Assembly: GCA_951406725.2 (NCBI GenBank)
Contig: OX597820.1
Location: 30,566,001-30,630,000, forward strand
Length of the DNA stretch: 64,000 nucleotides
Source: Octopus vulgaris
Lineage: Eukaryota
Reading direction: 5' to 3'
The translations under genes were made by a program, and so were the position numbers. This document shows positions 1 to 11,010 of this stretch, piece after piece (position 1 is the first letter of the stretch; every line of letters starts with the position of its first letter). The notes below the pieces were generated by a model. The model was not told the DNA's origin. It saw nothing but the letters and a program-made list of their open reading frames with translations, and did not search any database.

Positions 1-186
1 TTGCTTGCAGTCTGGATATTAGTACTGTTTGAATAACAGAAGGAAAAATGACCTTGTTCAATACCTGGTGAGGGTTGGTGACAGGAAAGGCTCCTAATAG
101 TAGAAAATCTACTTCAAAGGATTTCATTTGATCTTTGCTAGAATGGAATAGTGGAGTATAAATCGGTGATGATGAAGATGATGATG

Positions 187-252
<66 letters not shown>

Positions 253-337
253 TATACATATATATATACATATACATACATATATATATATATATGCATA
301 TACATATATATACATATACATATATATACATATACAT

Positions 338-409
<72 letters not shown>

Positions 410-413
<4 letters not shown>

Positions 414-643
414 CACCATCCGAGCGTGGCCGTCTGCCAGCCTCGTCTGGCACCTGTGTCGGTGGCACATAAAATCACCCACTACACTCTCGGAGTGGTT
501 GGCGTTAGGAAGGGCATCCAGCTGTAGAAACACTGCCACATCTGACTGGCCTGGTGCAGCCTTCGGGCTTCCCAGACCCCAGTTGAACCGTCCAACCCAT
601 GCTAGCATGGAAAGCGGACGTTAAACGATGATGATGATGATGA

Positions 644-645
<2 letters not shown>
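410..645 (+). mobile_element. 5'-truncated RTE-LINE 3' end (family C), (GAT)n tail
   Basis: GGCGTTAGGAAGGGCATCCAGCTGTAGAAAC...CCAACCCATGCTAGCATGGAAAGCGGACGTTAAACGATGATG. The same motif recurs more than 10 times in the window. Confidence 0.8.
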
Positions 646-678
<33 letters not shown>

Positions 679-717
679 TATACATATAAATACATATACA
701 TATATATACATATACAT

Positions 718-751
<34 letters not shown>

Positions 752-792
752 TAAGTATAGGAAAGAATGGAGCTGAACGAAGATTTAACAAA

Positions 793-899
793 ATTCCTTT
801 ATTTTATTTTCGACATATGTTTCGAAGTCTGCAAAGTTCCTAATTCCGATTGAATAAGGAGTCCATTTTGCAGCTTTCTCTCCAGGAAAATCCAGGAAC
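793..899 (-). ncRNA. Type I hammerhead-like ribozyme fold (core variant CUGGAGA)
   Basis: Minus strand: ATTTTC-CTGGAGA-GAAAGCTGCAAA...TTTGCAGACTTC-GAAAC-ATAT-GTC-GAAAAT. It has a 6-bp stem I, a long stem II, a palindromic stem III loop and a GUC site. Confidence 0.6.
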
Positions 900-1164
900 T
901 TAATTCTCCAAACAAAATGCACAACAAGCTTTTCGACAAATGCTCACGAGGAGCCCATGAAATTAATGATACAGACTGTCTATCTATATAGACATTATAT
1001 TATGTTAACTTATTTATTTACTTACTAAACTGATAATTACAATAATATACATACATATAACATATTATGCTTTACATATAAGATATAAAATATAGTAATA
1101 TATAAGGATACCAGTAATTATTATAAAATAACAAACATGAATCTGGTACAAAATATCTGTATCA

Positions 1165-1311
1165 GAGCGATTGGCGTTAGGAAGGGCATCCAGCTGTAGA
1201 AACTCTGCCAGATCAAATTAGAGTCTGGTGCAGCCATCTGGTTCGCCAGACCTCAGTCAAATTGTCCAACCCATGCTAGCATGGAAAGTGGACATTAAAC
1301 GATGATGATGA
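1165..1311 (+). mobile_element. RTE 3'-end fragment (family C)
   Basis: Same GGAAGGGCATCCAGC...CATGCTAGCATGG...GATGATGAT tail. Confidence 0.75.
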
Positions 1312-1413
1312 TATACGCTTATATATATATATGTATATAAGGAAAATTATTTTAGCATTTTCAACCTAGTCTTATTTTCCTTATACTTTTCCACTCGTGT
1401 TACTTTTCAACCT

Positions 1414-1475
<62 letters not shown>

Positions 1476-1488
1476 GCGGTTTTTTTTC

Positions 1489-1930
1489 AATTGCATGAAC
1501 TAAAAGTTGGATGGGGACAGGATACACTACTGGCATCAACTTGCTATATAATCAAGGAGTAATTTTACCTTGTCCTTATTCTTAGTGCAAGTTTTGAAGA
1601 GTGCAGTTTGATTTTAACAATTATTTTTTCAAAGCTATAATGGAAACGACAAAGGAGCATATTTTGCTTTATGAGTTCAACAAAGGCATTGACACAATGG
1701 AAAGAGCAAGGAATATCAATGCAGTATATGGGGATCAGACACTAAGTGTAAGTTAGTGTCGGCAGTGGTTCCAGAAATTCAGAGCCGGAAATTACAGCCT
1801 AGAAGATGAGCCTCATCCTGGAAGATCTGTAGAGCTTGACAAAAATGTCCAGCAAACCCTGGTGGAACAAAATCCCATCGTAACTATTGAAGAACTAGCA
1901 GAAAAGCCTGGATTTAGTCATTCAACCAGT
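1489..1930 (+). mobile_element. Mariner transposon 5' fragment, transposase N-terminal HTH pseudogene (ATG 1640)
   Basis: Hand translation METTKEHILLYEFNKG...NINAVYGDQTLSVS*CRQWFQKFRAGNYSLEDEPHPGRS matches the mariner N-terminus (WF.KF..G..SLED..R.GR). Confidence 0.8.
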
Positions 1931-2006
1931 CATTCAAGAATGCAAAACATCCGGACAGCTAGGTGATACAAAAAGGGACAACAAAACATCCAGATAGACG
2001 CTACAA

Positions 2007-2235
2007 AGGCAAGCTGGCAGAAACGTTAGCACGTCAGGTGAAATGTTTAGCGGTATTTCATCTGCTGCTACGTTCTGAGTTCAAATTCCACCAAGGTCGA
2101 CTTTGCTTTCATTTTTTCAGGGTCGATTAAGTAAGTACCATTTACGCACTGGGGTCAATATAATTGACTTAATCCATTTGTCTGTCCTTGTTTGTCCCCT
2201 CCGTGTGAAGCCCCTTGTAGGCAGTAAAGAAATAA
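2007..2235 (+). mobile_element. SINE family B (Deu/Nin-domain-like)
   Basis: GGCAAGCTGGCAGAAACGTTAGC...GTTCAAATTCC...GTCGACTTTGC..TTCAT...AAGTACC. It interrupts a fragment of the repeat seen at 41.3-42.4 kb. Confidence 0.75.
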
Positions 2236-2315
2236 GATAGACAATACATAGAAAACAAAGACGGGTCATTCAAAGTTTTCTTTCCTTAGTTAAGCACCAG
2301 ATTATCCTCACAATT

Positions 2316-2362
<47 letters not shown>

Positions 2363-2646
2363 TCTTTGAATCTCACATTGAAGATGACAGTTTTTTGCTG
2401 AATAACCCACACAAATGATTTGCTTATAGTAATCAAATATACGTGCTGTACATTAACTCTCTCTCTCCATCAAACCAACATTGCCTGAACAGGTGCACAG
2501 TCTATCACAGGTCAAGTGTCAAAGGTCAAAGTGATTACTGAAAAATGTGAAATGAAATGTTTTGCTCAAGAACACAACACACCACTCAGTCCAGAAATTG
2601 AAACTCATGATCATGAATACAACACTCTAACCACTATATCATGTGC

Positions 2647-2683
<37 letters not shown>

Positions 2684-3387
2684 GCTGTGTGGTGAGAAGC
2701 TTCCTTCCCAACTACACAGCTGAGTTCAGTCCAAATGTGTGGAATCTTTGCAACGTGTCTCTATTATAGCCTTGTACTAATCAAACCCTTTGTGTGTGGA
2801 TATGGGTGACAGAAACTGAAAGAAGCCTGTCATATATATACATATATATACTGCCAGATCAGATTGGAGCCTGGCACAGCCTCCTGGCTTCCCAGACCCT
2901 GGTCAAACCATCCAACCCATGCTAGCATGGAAAACGGATGTTAAACGATAATGATGATGATGTTATATATATATATATGTGTGGTGTGTGTGTGTATATG
3001 TATATATATATATATATATATCATCATCATCATCGTTTAACGTCTGTTTTCCATGCTAGCATGGGTTGGACGGTTCGACCAGAGTCTGGGAAGCCAGGAG
3101 GTTGCACCAGGCTCCATATATATATATATATATATGTGTACATATATATGTATGTATGTATGTATGTATATGTGTGTGGTGGGGTTGTGGGGTGTGTTTG
3201 TCCACAACCCACCACTTGACAACCAGTGTTGGCTTGTTTACATGCCTGTAACTTAGCAGTTCAACAAAAGAACCCATAAAATAAGTACTAAGCTTGAAAA
3301 AAATGTCCCGGTGTCAATTTGTTTGAGCAAAACCCTCCAAGGTGTTGTCCCAGCATGGCCACAGTCTAACAACTGACACAATTACTT

Positions 3388-3790
3388 CTCAACTACATGG
3401 TTCCAAGTTCAGTTCCACTGCGTGGCACCTTGGGCAAGTGTATTCTACTAAAACCTTGGGCTGACCAAAACCTTGTGAGTAGATTTGGTAGACAGAAACT
3501 GAAAGAAGTCTGTCATGTATATATATGCATGTATATAGCTGTGTGTGTGTGTTCGTGTGTGTGTGTGTATGTATGTGTATGTGTGTGTTTGTTCCTATGC
3601 CATCACTTGACAATCAATGCTTGTGTGCTTATGTCCCTGTAACTTAGCAGTTAAACAAAAGAGACTGATAGAATAAGTACTAGGCTTACAAACAATAAGT
3701 GCTGGAATCAATTTGTTTGACTAAAAAAAACCCTTTAAGGCAGTGCTCTAGCATGGGCACAATCAAATGATTAAAACAAGTAAAAGAACA
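3388..3790 (+). mobile_element. SINE family A, 5'-eroded copy
   Basis: Homologous to 3823-4230. Confidence 0.75.
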
Positions 3791-3822
3791 AAAAAGTTCT
3801 TGAGCAAAAATATATATATATA

Positions 3823-4230
3823 GGCGCAGGAGTGGCTGTGTGGTAAGTAGCTTGCTTACCAACCACATGGTTCCGGGTTCAGTCCCACTGCGTGGCATCT
3901 TGGGCAAGTGTCTTCTGCTATAGCCCAGGGCCGACCAAAGCCTTGTGAGTGGATTTGGTAGACGGAAACTGAAAGAAGCCTGTCGTATATATATATGTAT
4001 ATATGTATGTGTGTGTGTGTGTTTGTGTCTGTGTTTGTTCCCCTAGCATTGCTTGACAACCGATGCTGGTGTGTTTACGTCCCCGTAACTTAGCGGTTCG
4101 GCAAAAGAGACCGATAGAGTAAGTACTGGGCTTACAAAAGAATAAGTCCCGGGGTCGAGTTGCTCGATTAAAGGCGGTGCTCCAGCATGGCCGCAGTCAA
4201 ATGACTGAAACAAGTAAAAGAGTAAAAGAG
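3823..4230 (+). mobile_element. tRNA-derived SINE family A (octopus OR-type-like), full-length young copy
   Basis: A box TGGCTGTGTGG, B box GGTTCAGTCCC, CORE-like CTTGGGCAAGTGTC, internal (TA)/(TG) tract and (AGTAAAAG)n tail. More than 15 copies or fragments occur in the window. Confidence 0.85.
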
Positions 4231-4290
4231 TATATAACAGATAGACAAATAGTTAGTTAGATAGACAGATAGATAGACAGACAGACAGAC

Positions 4291-4367
<77 letters not shown>

Positions 4368-4807
4368 TTCACACATATTGAGGCAAAGCATTGAAAAAAG
4401 TTTAACACTCCAGAAACCAAGTTTAGCAAAAGAGGTACTGCACTATCAGCAAGATGCTCTCAAAATGTGCACACGAGATAGACTGCCAGACAGTCAGTCT
4501 GGCTGACAGACAGCAGCTACACACAGACAATCCAACAGCCAAGCAGCAGGCACACACAGGCAGGCAGGCAGCAGACATCAGCCACAACTGCTTAGCACTT
4601 TGAATCTACCAGATCTCAGATGATGTCCATAATTAGAGCGCTTGGAACTTGTTTATTATAGTATATAGCCTCACTCTCTCTGTCTCTCTCTGTCTCTTTC
4701 TTTCTTTCTCTCTCGTTCTCTCTCTCTCTCTCTCTCTAGGCTGACGTTGTTGTTACTGCCTCTGCTGCTACTGTTGTTGTTCTTATTGTCTCTGCTGTTA
4801 CTGTATA

Positions 4808-4850
<43 letters not shown>

Positions 4851-4910
4851 TGTGCGTGCGTGTGTGTATGCATGCGTGTGTGTGTGCGTGCGTGTGTGTG
4901 TGTGTGTGTG

Positions 4911-5205
4911 GTGCAAGTTCTGCATACACTATATACTTCTATAACAGTGTGTCTGTCTGTCTGTAAGAACTTATACACACGTGTGAGTGTGAGTGTGTGT
5001 GTGTATGTGTGTGTATGCGTGTGTGTGTGTGTGTATGCGCGCGCGTGTGTGTATGCGCGCGCGTGTGTGTGTGCGTGTATGAGGTGCAAGTTCTGCATAG
5101 ACTATATACTTCTATAACAGTGTGTCTGTCTGTAAGAACTTATACACACGTGTGAGAGTGAGTGTGTGTGTGTGTGTGTGTATGTGTGTGTATGCGTGTG
5201 TGTGT

Positions 5206-5241
<36 letters not shown>

Positions 5242-5310
5242 CAAGTTCTGCATAGACTATATACTTCTATAACAGTGTGTCTGTCTGTAAGAACTTATAC
5301 ACACGTGTGA
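4911..5310. repeat. Tandem repeat: 3 copies of a ~70-bp core separated by (TG)n
   Basis: GTGCAAGTTCTGCATA(C/G)ACTATATACTTCTATAACAGTGTGTCTGTCTGTAAGAACTTATACACACG at ~4911, ~5084 and ~5239. Confidence 0.9.
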
Positions 5311-6280
5311 GTGTGTGTATGTGTGAGTGTATGTTTGTGTGTGTGTGTGTGTGTGTATGTGTGTGTGTGTGAACATTTATGATTCTATAGTTTTTAAGTT
5401 TTAGAAAAAGTATAATTCTAAAAAGCTACACTTGCGTAAGTTCTTATACACAAGTGGATACGTATGCATAATAGCGTTAGGTTTATAGTTGATACACGGA
5501 TGTTTTTATATTTAACTATGTTGTATATTTCTATGTGTATGTGCTTCTATGAGTGTATAATGTTTTCTGAGTATATCTTTATAAGGTTCTGTTTATAATA
5601 GTTTATATACATATGTGTGTATATGCGTATATAAATTTCAGAGAGTGTATTTCAATAAGAGTGTGCCAAGAAGAGTTTATATACAAATGTGTTCGAATGT
5701 ATGCATGTATGTATGTATGTATGTATGTATGTATGTATGTATGTATGTATGTATGTATGTATGTATGTATGTATGTATGTGTGTGTGTATGTATGTATGT
5801 ATGTATGTATGTGAGGGTGTGTGTGTGTATGTATGTATGTGTGTGTAAACATGCATTAATTTTACAGAAAGTATTTTTATATAAGGGTGTGTCTGTAAGA
5901 CTATATATATATATCCATGAGTGTATATGTATATGTGTGTGTGCCTATATGAGAGTAAGTTAAATGTGTATATTGAAGTAGACAGGCACACCTAGTGTAT
6001 ATACACGTTTACGTATATGTGTGTATGTATGTGCATGCATACATGTACATATATGTATGTATGTATGTGTGAATTTAAATACACACACCCACACATGCGC
6101 GTGTGCGCACACACACAGACACACACACATCTTTTATAAATACATATCTTTTACTTTGTCCAGTCACTGGACTGTGGCTCTGCAGGGGCACTGCAATAAA
6201 TGGTTTAATCAAATAAATTGACTCCAGGATGTACATTTTTTTAAAGCCTAGTACTTATTCTACCAGCCTCTTTCGCTAAA

Positions 6281-6365
6281 CAACTAAGTTACAAGGATGT
6301 AAACAAACCAACATTGGTTGTCCAGCCGGCAAATGTATACACAAATACTCTTACACACACACATG

Positions 6366-6396
<31 letters not shown>

Positions 6397-6528
6397 CCAT
6401 ACATCCATCCATCCATCCATACATACATACATACATACACAACTAAGTTACAAGGATGTAAACAAACCAACGCTGGTTGTCCAGCCGACAAATGTATACA
6501 CAAATACTCTTACACACACACACATACA

Positions 6529-6561
<33 letters not shown>

Positions 6562-6930
6562 CCATACATCCATCCATCCATACATACATACATCCATACA
6601 TACACAACTAAGTTACAAGGATGTAAACAAACCAACGCTGGTTGTCCAGCCGGCAAATGTATACACAAATACTCTTACACACACACATACATACATACAT
6701 ACATATATCCATACATCCATCCATCCATCCATACATACATACATACATACATACATACATACATACACAACTAAGTTACAAGGATGTAAACAAACCAACA
6801 TTGGTTGTCCAGCTGGCAAATGTATATACAAATACTCTTACACACACACACATACATACATACATACATACATACATACATCCATACATACATACATACA
6901 TACATACATACATACATACATACATACACA
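6281..6930. repeat. Minisatellite: 4 x ~160-bp units derived from SINE-A internal sequence
   Basis: CAACTAAGTTACAAGGATGTAAACAAACCAAC...CAAATACTCTTACAC+(CATA)n at 6281, 6440, 6606 and 6768. Confidence 0.9.
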
Positions 6931-6990
6931 ACAGGCTTTTTTCATTTTCTGTCTATCAAATCCACTCTCAATACTTTGGTCTGCCTAGAG

Positions 6991-7390
6991 CAGGGCTGGC
7001 CAGCCTGAGGCCCACGGACCACATGCTGCCTGCAGACTTTTATCTTGCATCCCGCTAACTTTTGTCTTGTGTCCCGCTGACTTTTGCCTTGTATCCCACA
7101 GACTTTTATCTTGCAGCCCACTTGATACTTTCTTAAAATGGGTTTATTTAAACAAACATTTAAGAAATAATTTTATCAAAACTTAAAGATTGTAATGAAA
7201 AGTAAAAAAGAAAGATACTACTGTTTTTGCAACGATAATATTTCATGTTGATTCAACAATCATTCATTCATTATTGTAATAATAGCATGCAAAAGTAAAA
7301 TGCTTTCAATTCTGTCAGTATACAAGTGGCCCTTAAAAAACTTTCTGAGATTAAAGTGGCCTGCAATGTAATTTGAGTTGGTCAGGCTTA
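6991..7390. mobile_element. hAT (Charlie-like) MITE
   Basis: 8-bp TSD GCCTAGAG at 6983-6990 and 7391-7398. Termini CAGGGCTGGCCAGC / GTTGGTCAGGCTTA. Confidence 0.8.
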
Positions 7391-7469
7391 GCCTAGAGCT
7401 ATAGTACAAGACACTTGCCCAAGGTGCCATGCAATGTGATTGAACCCAGTACTTGCACTTTTAAGTTTG

Positions 7470-7715
7470 ATACTTGAAGTTAGGATCACCAAGCATAGAT
7501 TGACATATTTTGGTCAAATTATGCAGAGAAAATCCCTGGAGAAGGACATCATGCTCGGAATGGTCAGTGGTAAGAGAGGAAGAAGCCGATCAAGAATCCG
7601 CTGGCTTGACACCATCAAGAGTGACACGGGAATAGACATAGCCAATCTGAAAGAAGCGACCCAGGATAGAACTGGCTGGAGGACACTGATCCATCGAGTA
7701 ACCGAGAGTCGACTA
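7470..7715 (+). mobile_element. RTE/BovB-like LINE ORF C-terminal fragment
   Basis: RLTYFGQIMQRKSLEKDIMLGMVSGKRGRSRSRIRWLDTIK...QDRTGWRTLIHRVT is a typical RTE C-terminus. Confidence 0.85.
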
Positions 7716-8173
7716 TATCAGTTCCTTTTGTTGAACTGCTAGGTTACCAGCACATAAAGAAATCGATACCAATTGGTGGGAGAAGGACAAACCAGAACAC
7801 AAAGACATACATATGTAACATGCACGGACATAAATATACATTTATCATCATTGCCATCATTTAACATCCATCTTCCATGCTGGCATGGGTTGCACAGTTT
7901 ATATATGTGTATATATTTCTACCTATAAACATATACACAGACACAGATACAGACACACACACACACACACAGAGTCAAATTGGATAAACGAACATTAAAT
8001 AAAACAATAACAATCAACAGGGGGAGGTGCACATGGAATGCATTAGTTTGAAGCTCTGTAAAAAGAGAAAGCGTTTGACATTTCAAACGTTGCTTTATGT
8101 TGGGAAGGAAAACGGAAAAGTCTAAAGAAGGAAAAAAATCACCAACACACCAGCATATGTAGTTACATTACTG

Positions 8174-8230
<57 letters not shown>

Positions 8231-8341
8231 TTTATATGTTTGTATGTATGCATATATGTATCTATCAATCAATATACATATATATAAATATATATTTATA
8301 TGTATATATATGTATATGTGTGTATATGTGTATATATAAGA

Positions 8342-8372
<31 letters not shown>

Positions 8373-8540
8373 ATATATTATTCAAAGAAATTCCAACTCT
8401 GTTTTTATGTTTTATTTATATTCTTTATAATATTAATGTAGAATATAGAATATATAGTATAAATAATATATATATATAGTAAAATGAAATGAAGTATTGA
8501 TTGTATTATTGAATAGATGGAATGTTGAATATAAAATATT

Positions 8541-8569
<29 letters not shown>

Positions 8570-8571
<2 letters not shown>

Positions 8572-8855
8572 CATCATCATCATCATCATCATCGTTTAAC
8601 GTCCGTTCTCTGCGCTAGCACAGGTTGGACGGTTCGACCGGGTCTGGGAAGCCAGGGGCTGCACCAGGCTCCAGTCTGATCTGGCAGTGTTTCTACAGTT
8701 GGATGCCCTTCCTAACGCCAACCACTCCGCAAGTGTAGTGGGTGCTTTACGTGCCACCGGCGGTGCCAGGGGAGTCTGGCATCGGCCACGATCGGTTGGT
8801 GCTTTTAACGTGCCACCGGCACGGAAGCCAGCCAAGTCGGCACTGGCATCGGCCA
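8570..8855 (-). mobile_element. RTE 3'-end copy (family C)
   Basis: (CAT)n-CGTTTAACGTCCG...GGATGCCCTTCCTAACGCC plus GTGCCACCGG units. Confidence 0.8.
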
Positions 8856-8881
8856 AATATATATATATATATATATATATA

Positions 8882-8940
<59 letters not shown>

Positions 8941-8965
8941 CATCATGTATGTATGTATATGTATA

Positions 8966-9305
8966 TGGCTGTGTGGTTAGAAGCTTGCTTCGTGGAACCA
9001 CATGGTTTTGGGTTCAATGCCACTGCACTACGTCTTGGGTAAATGTTTTCAAATATAGCCCAAGCTGACCAATGCCTTGCGAATGAATTTTGTAGATGAA
9101 AACTGTGTTGAAATCTATTTAATGTGTGTGTATGTGCATCTTTGTATTAGTGTTTTTCCTGTCCTCATAACCTAATGGTTTGATAACAATAGAATAAGGA
9201 CAGACTTGAAAATAAGTGCTAGTGTGTATTTGTTCAACTAAAACTCATCAAGGCTGTACCCTAGCATGGTCACAGTTAAATGGATGAAACAAGTAAAAGG
9301 TAAAA
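8966..9305 (+). mobile_element. SINE family A, diverged copy
   Basis: TGGCTGTGTGG head through AAACAAGTAAAAG tail. Confidence 0.7.
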
Positions 9306-9335
9306 GTTATACATATGTATATATATATATAAATA

Positions 9336-9732
9336 CTAGCAGTATCGCCCGGCGTTGCTCGGGTTTGTAAGGGAAATAACTATATAAGCATTTTTAGAGA
9401 TGTAAAGTATAATAGCAATCTTTATATGGCTAACCCATAAAGGGGTGGGGTGTTACTATAGCTTTTTACGTTCTGAGATTTAATAAAAATTTTTAGAAGT
9501 TACTTCCCTTATATATGACCAAAAATGCATTAAAAATGGGAAAAATTGATGGTAATTTTTTTTTTAATCATAGACTCATCGTAGATGCGCGCTAATACCC
9601 AGAAGGGCTCGATATGAATCACGACTATAAGATACCCGGTTTTGGTTAAACTGCACTGCAAAATGTGAGAGTAGTTAGGAATCTAAATCGTAGGAGACAG
9701 ACAGCACACAACCTCACTTTTATATATAAAGA
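9336..9732 (-). mobile_element. Non-autonomous Helitron
   Basis: The minus strand starts TCTTTATATATAAAAG and ends with the hairpin CCCGAGCAACGCCGGG followed by CTAG. It is inserted between A and T with no TSD. Confidence 0.8.
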
Positions 9733-9740
9733 TATATATC

Positions 9741-9857
9741 ATAATAATTATATACATAATTATAACAAGGGGATAGCTATAATCCACTTCACATGCTAGA
9801 AATAGACGTCAAAAGATGCTAACACCACTTTGTTATAATTATGTATATAATTATTAT
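9741..9857. repeat. Perfect 28-bp inverted repeat, 61-bp spacer
   Basis: ATAATAATTATATACATAATTATAACAA (9741-9768) and its reverse complement at 9830-9857. Confidence 0.85.
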
Positions 9858-9949
9858 AATATTTGTAAAATTCACCTATAAGGTTTTTATTTCTGCGCTG
9901 ATCCCTTGGTAAAATCATTTAAGGTTTTTACCCATTATTATATATATAA

Positions 9950-10180
9950 GGGCAGCGAGCTGGCAGAATCATTACCATGCCTTGTGAAATGCTTAGCAGA
10001 TCGCTGCTGTTACGTTCTGAGTTCAAATTCTGCCAAGGTCGACTTTGCCTTTCATCCTTTCGGGGTCAATTGAATAAGTACGAGTTATGCATTGGAGTTG
10101 ATGTAATCAACTTAATCCCTTTGTCTGTCCTTGTTTGTCCCCTCTATGTTTAGCCTTAGCCCCCTGTGGGCAATAAAAAA
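9950..10180 (+). mobile_element. SINE family B
   Basis: GGCAGCGAGCTGGCAGAATC...GTCGACTTTGCCTTTCATCCTTTCGGGGTC. Confidence 0.8.
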
Positions 10181-10197
10181 ATTAATATATATATATA

Positions 10198-10741
10198 CAA
10201 GGATGTGTCAAAAAGTAATGCCATTTTAAATAGGACAGGTATAATTACCAACACAGGAACATGTATCATGCATCAAAATGAAGCTGATCCTCTGGATCAC
10301 ATTCCTACTTCTCAACATAGTCATTGTTTCTCTCAATAGCAATGTTCCACCTTTGAATGAGAGCATGTATCCCTGCCCTGTAAAATTCTGTTGACTGTTC
10401 TTTGAGCCACTTCTTCACTACAGTTTTCACTTCCTCGTCAGACTATCATCTCTTTGGCTCCATGAAAGAGGGTTTGAGAGAAAAACATTATTCCAGTGAC
10501 GAGGAAGTGAAAACTGCAGTAAAGACTTGGCTCAAAGAACAGTCAACAGAATTTTATGGGGCAGGGATACATGCTCTCATTCAAAGGTGGAACATTGCTA
10601 TTGAGAGAAACAGTGACTATGTTGAGAAGTAGGGATGTGATCCACAGAGGACCAGCTTCATTTTGATGTATGATACATGTTCCTGTGTTGGTAATTATAT
10701 CTGTCCTATTTAAAATGGCATTACTTTTTGACTCACCCTCG
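10198..10741. mobile_element. Fold-back mariner derivative (inverted duplication of the transposase 3' end plus TIR)
   Basis: Arms 10198-10440 and 10497-10741 are near reverse complements. ORF 10402-10632 encodes SDYHLFGSMKEGL...DEEVKTAV..WL....EFY..GI..L..RW (mariner C-terminus). TIR CGAGGGTGAGTCAAAAAGTAATG. Confidence 0.9.
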
Positions 10742-10765
10742 TGTATATACGAGGGTGAGTCAAAA

Positions 10766-10968
10766 CATGTGATCTCTTGAGCACCACCAGCAATAATATT
10801 TTTTTCCTCTGTCTTCCCTTCTTGGGATCTTTCCTTCTCCTTGTTTCCGATGAAGAGCTCCGCTCGAAACGTTAAACCCTCCTTCCCTTCTTTCCTGAGC
10901 GTCAAATAATACTTTAATTGTTCCACGTCCTCGCGTTGCTGTTTTTTTCTGTGTTTTCTTGTTTGGAT

Positions 10969-10975
<7 letters not shown>
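10766..10975 (+). mobile_element. Short Penelope-pLTR-like repeat with a minimal hammerhead-like motif (10843-10877)
   Basis: GTTT-CCGATGA-A-GAGC-TCC-GCTC-GAAA-CG-TT-AAAC. Related copies occur at ~13050-13245 (+) and, decayed, at ~7975-8170 (-). Confidence 0.5.

Positions 10976-11010
<35 letters not shown>

Larger units (their letters stand above)
6150..7445 (-). mobile_element. SINE family A copy expanded by an internal tandem array and a hAT MITE insertion
   Basis: SINE 3' part at 6150-6280, middle at 6930-6990, and 5' part CTATAGTACAAGACACTTGCCCAAGGTGCCATGC at 7399-7445. Confidence 0.7.

Noticed and set aside
124-843. Long YI/HT/CV-repeat ORFs here and at 4.7-6.2, 19.0-19.7, 24.7-25.1 and 54.4-55.1 kb
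   Set aside because: These are translations of stop-free (TA)n, (CA)n and (CATA)n microsatellites, with no coding signature.
6314-6988. 224-aa repetitive ORF
   Set aside because: It is a by-product of the SINE-derived minisatellite.
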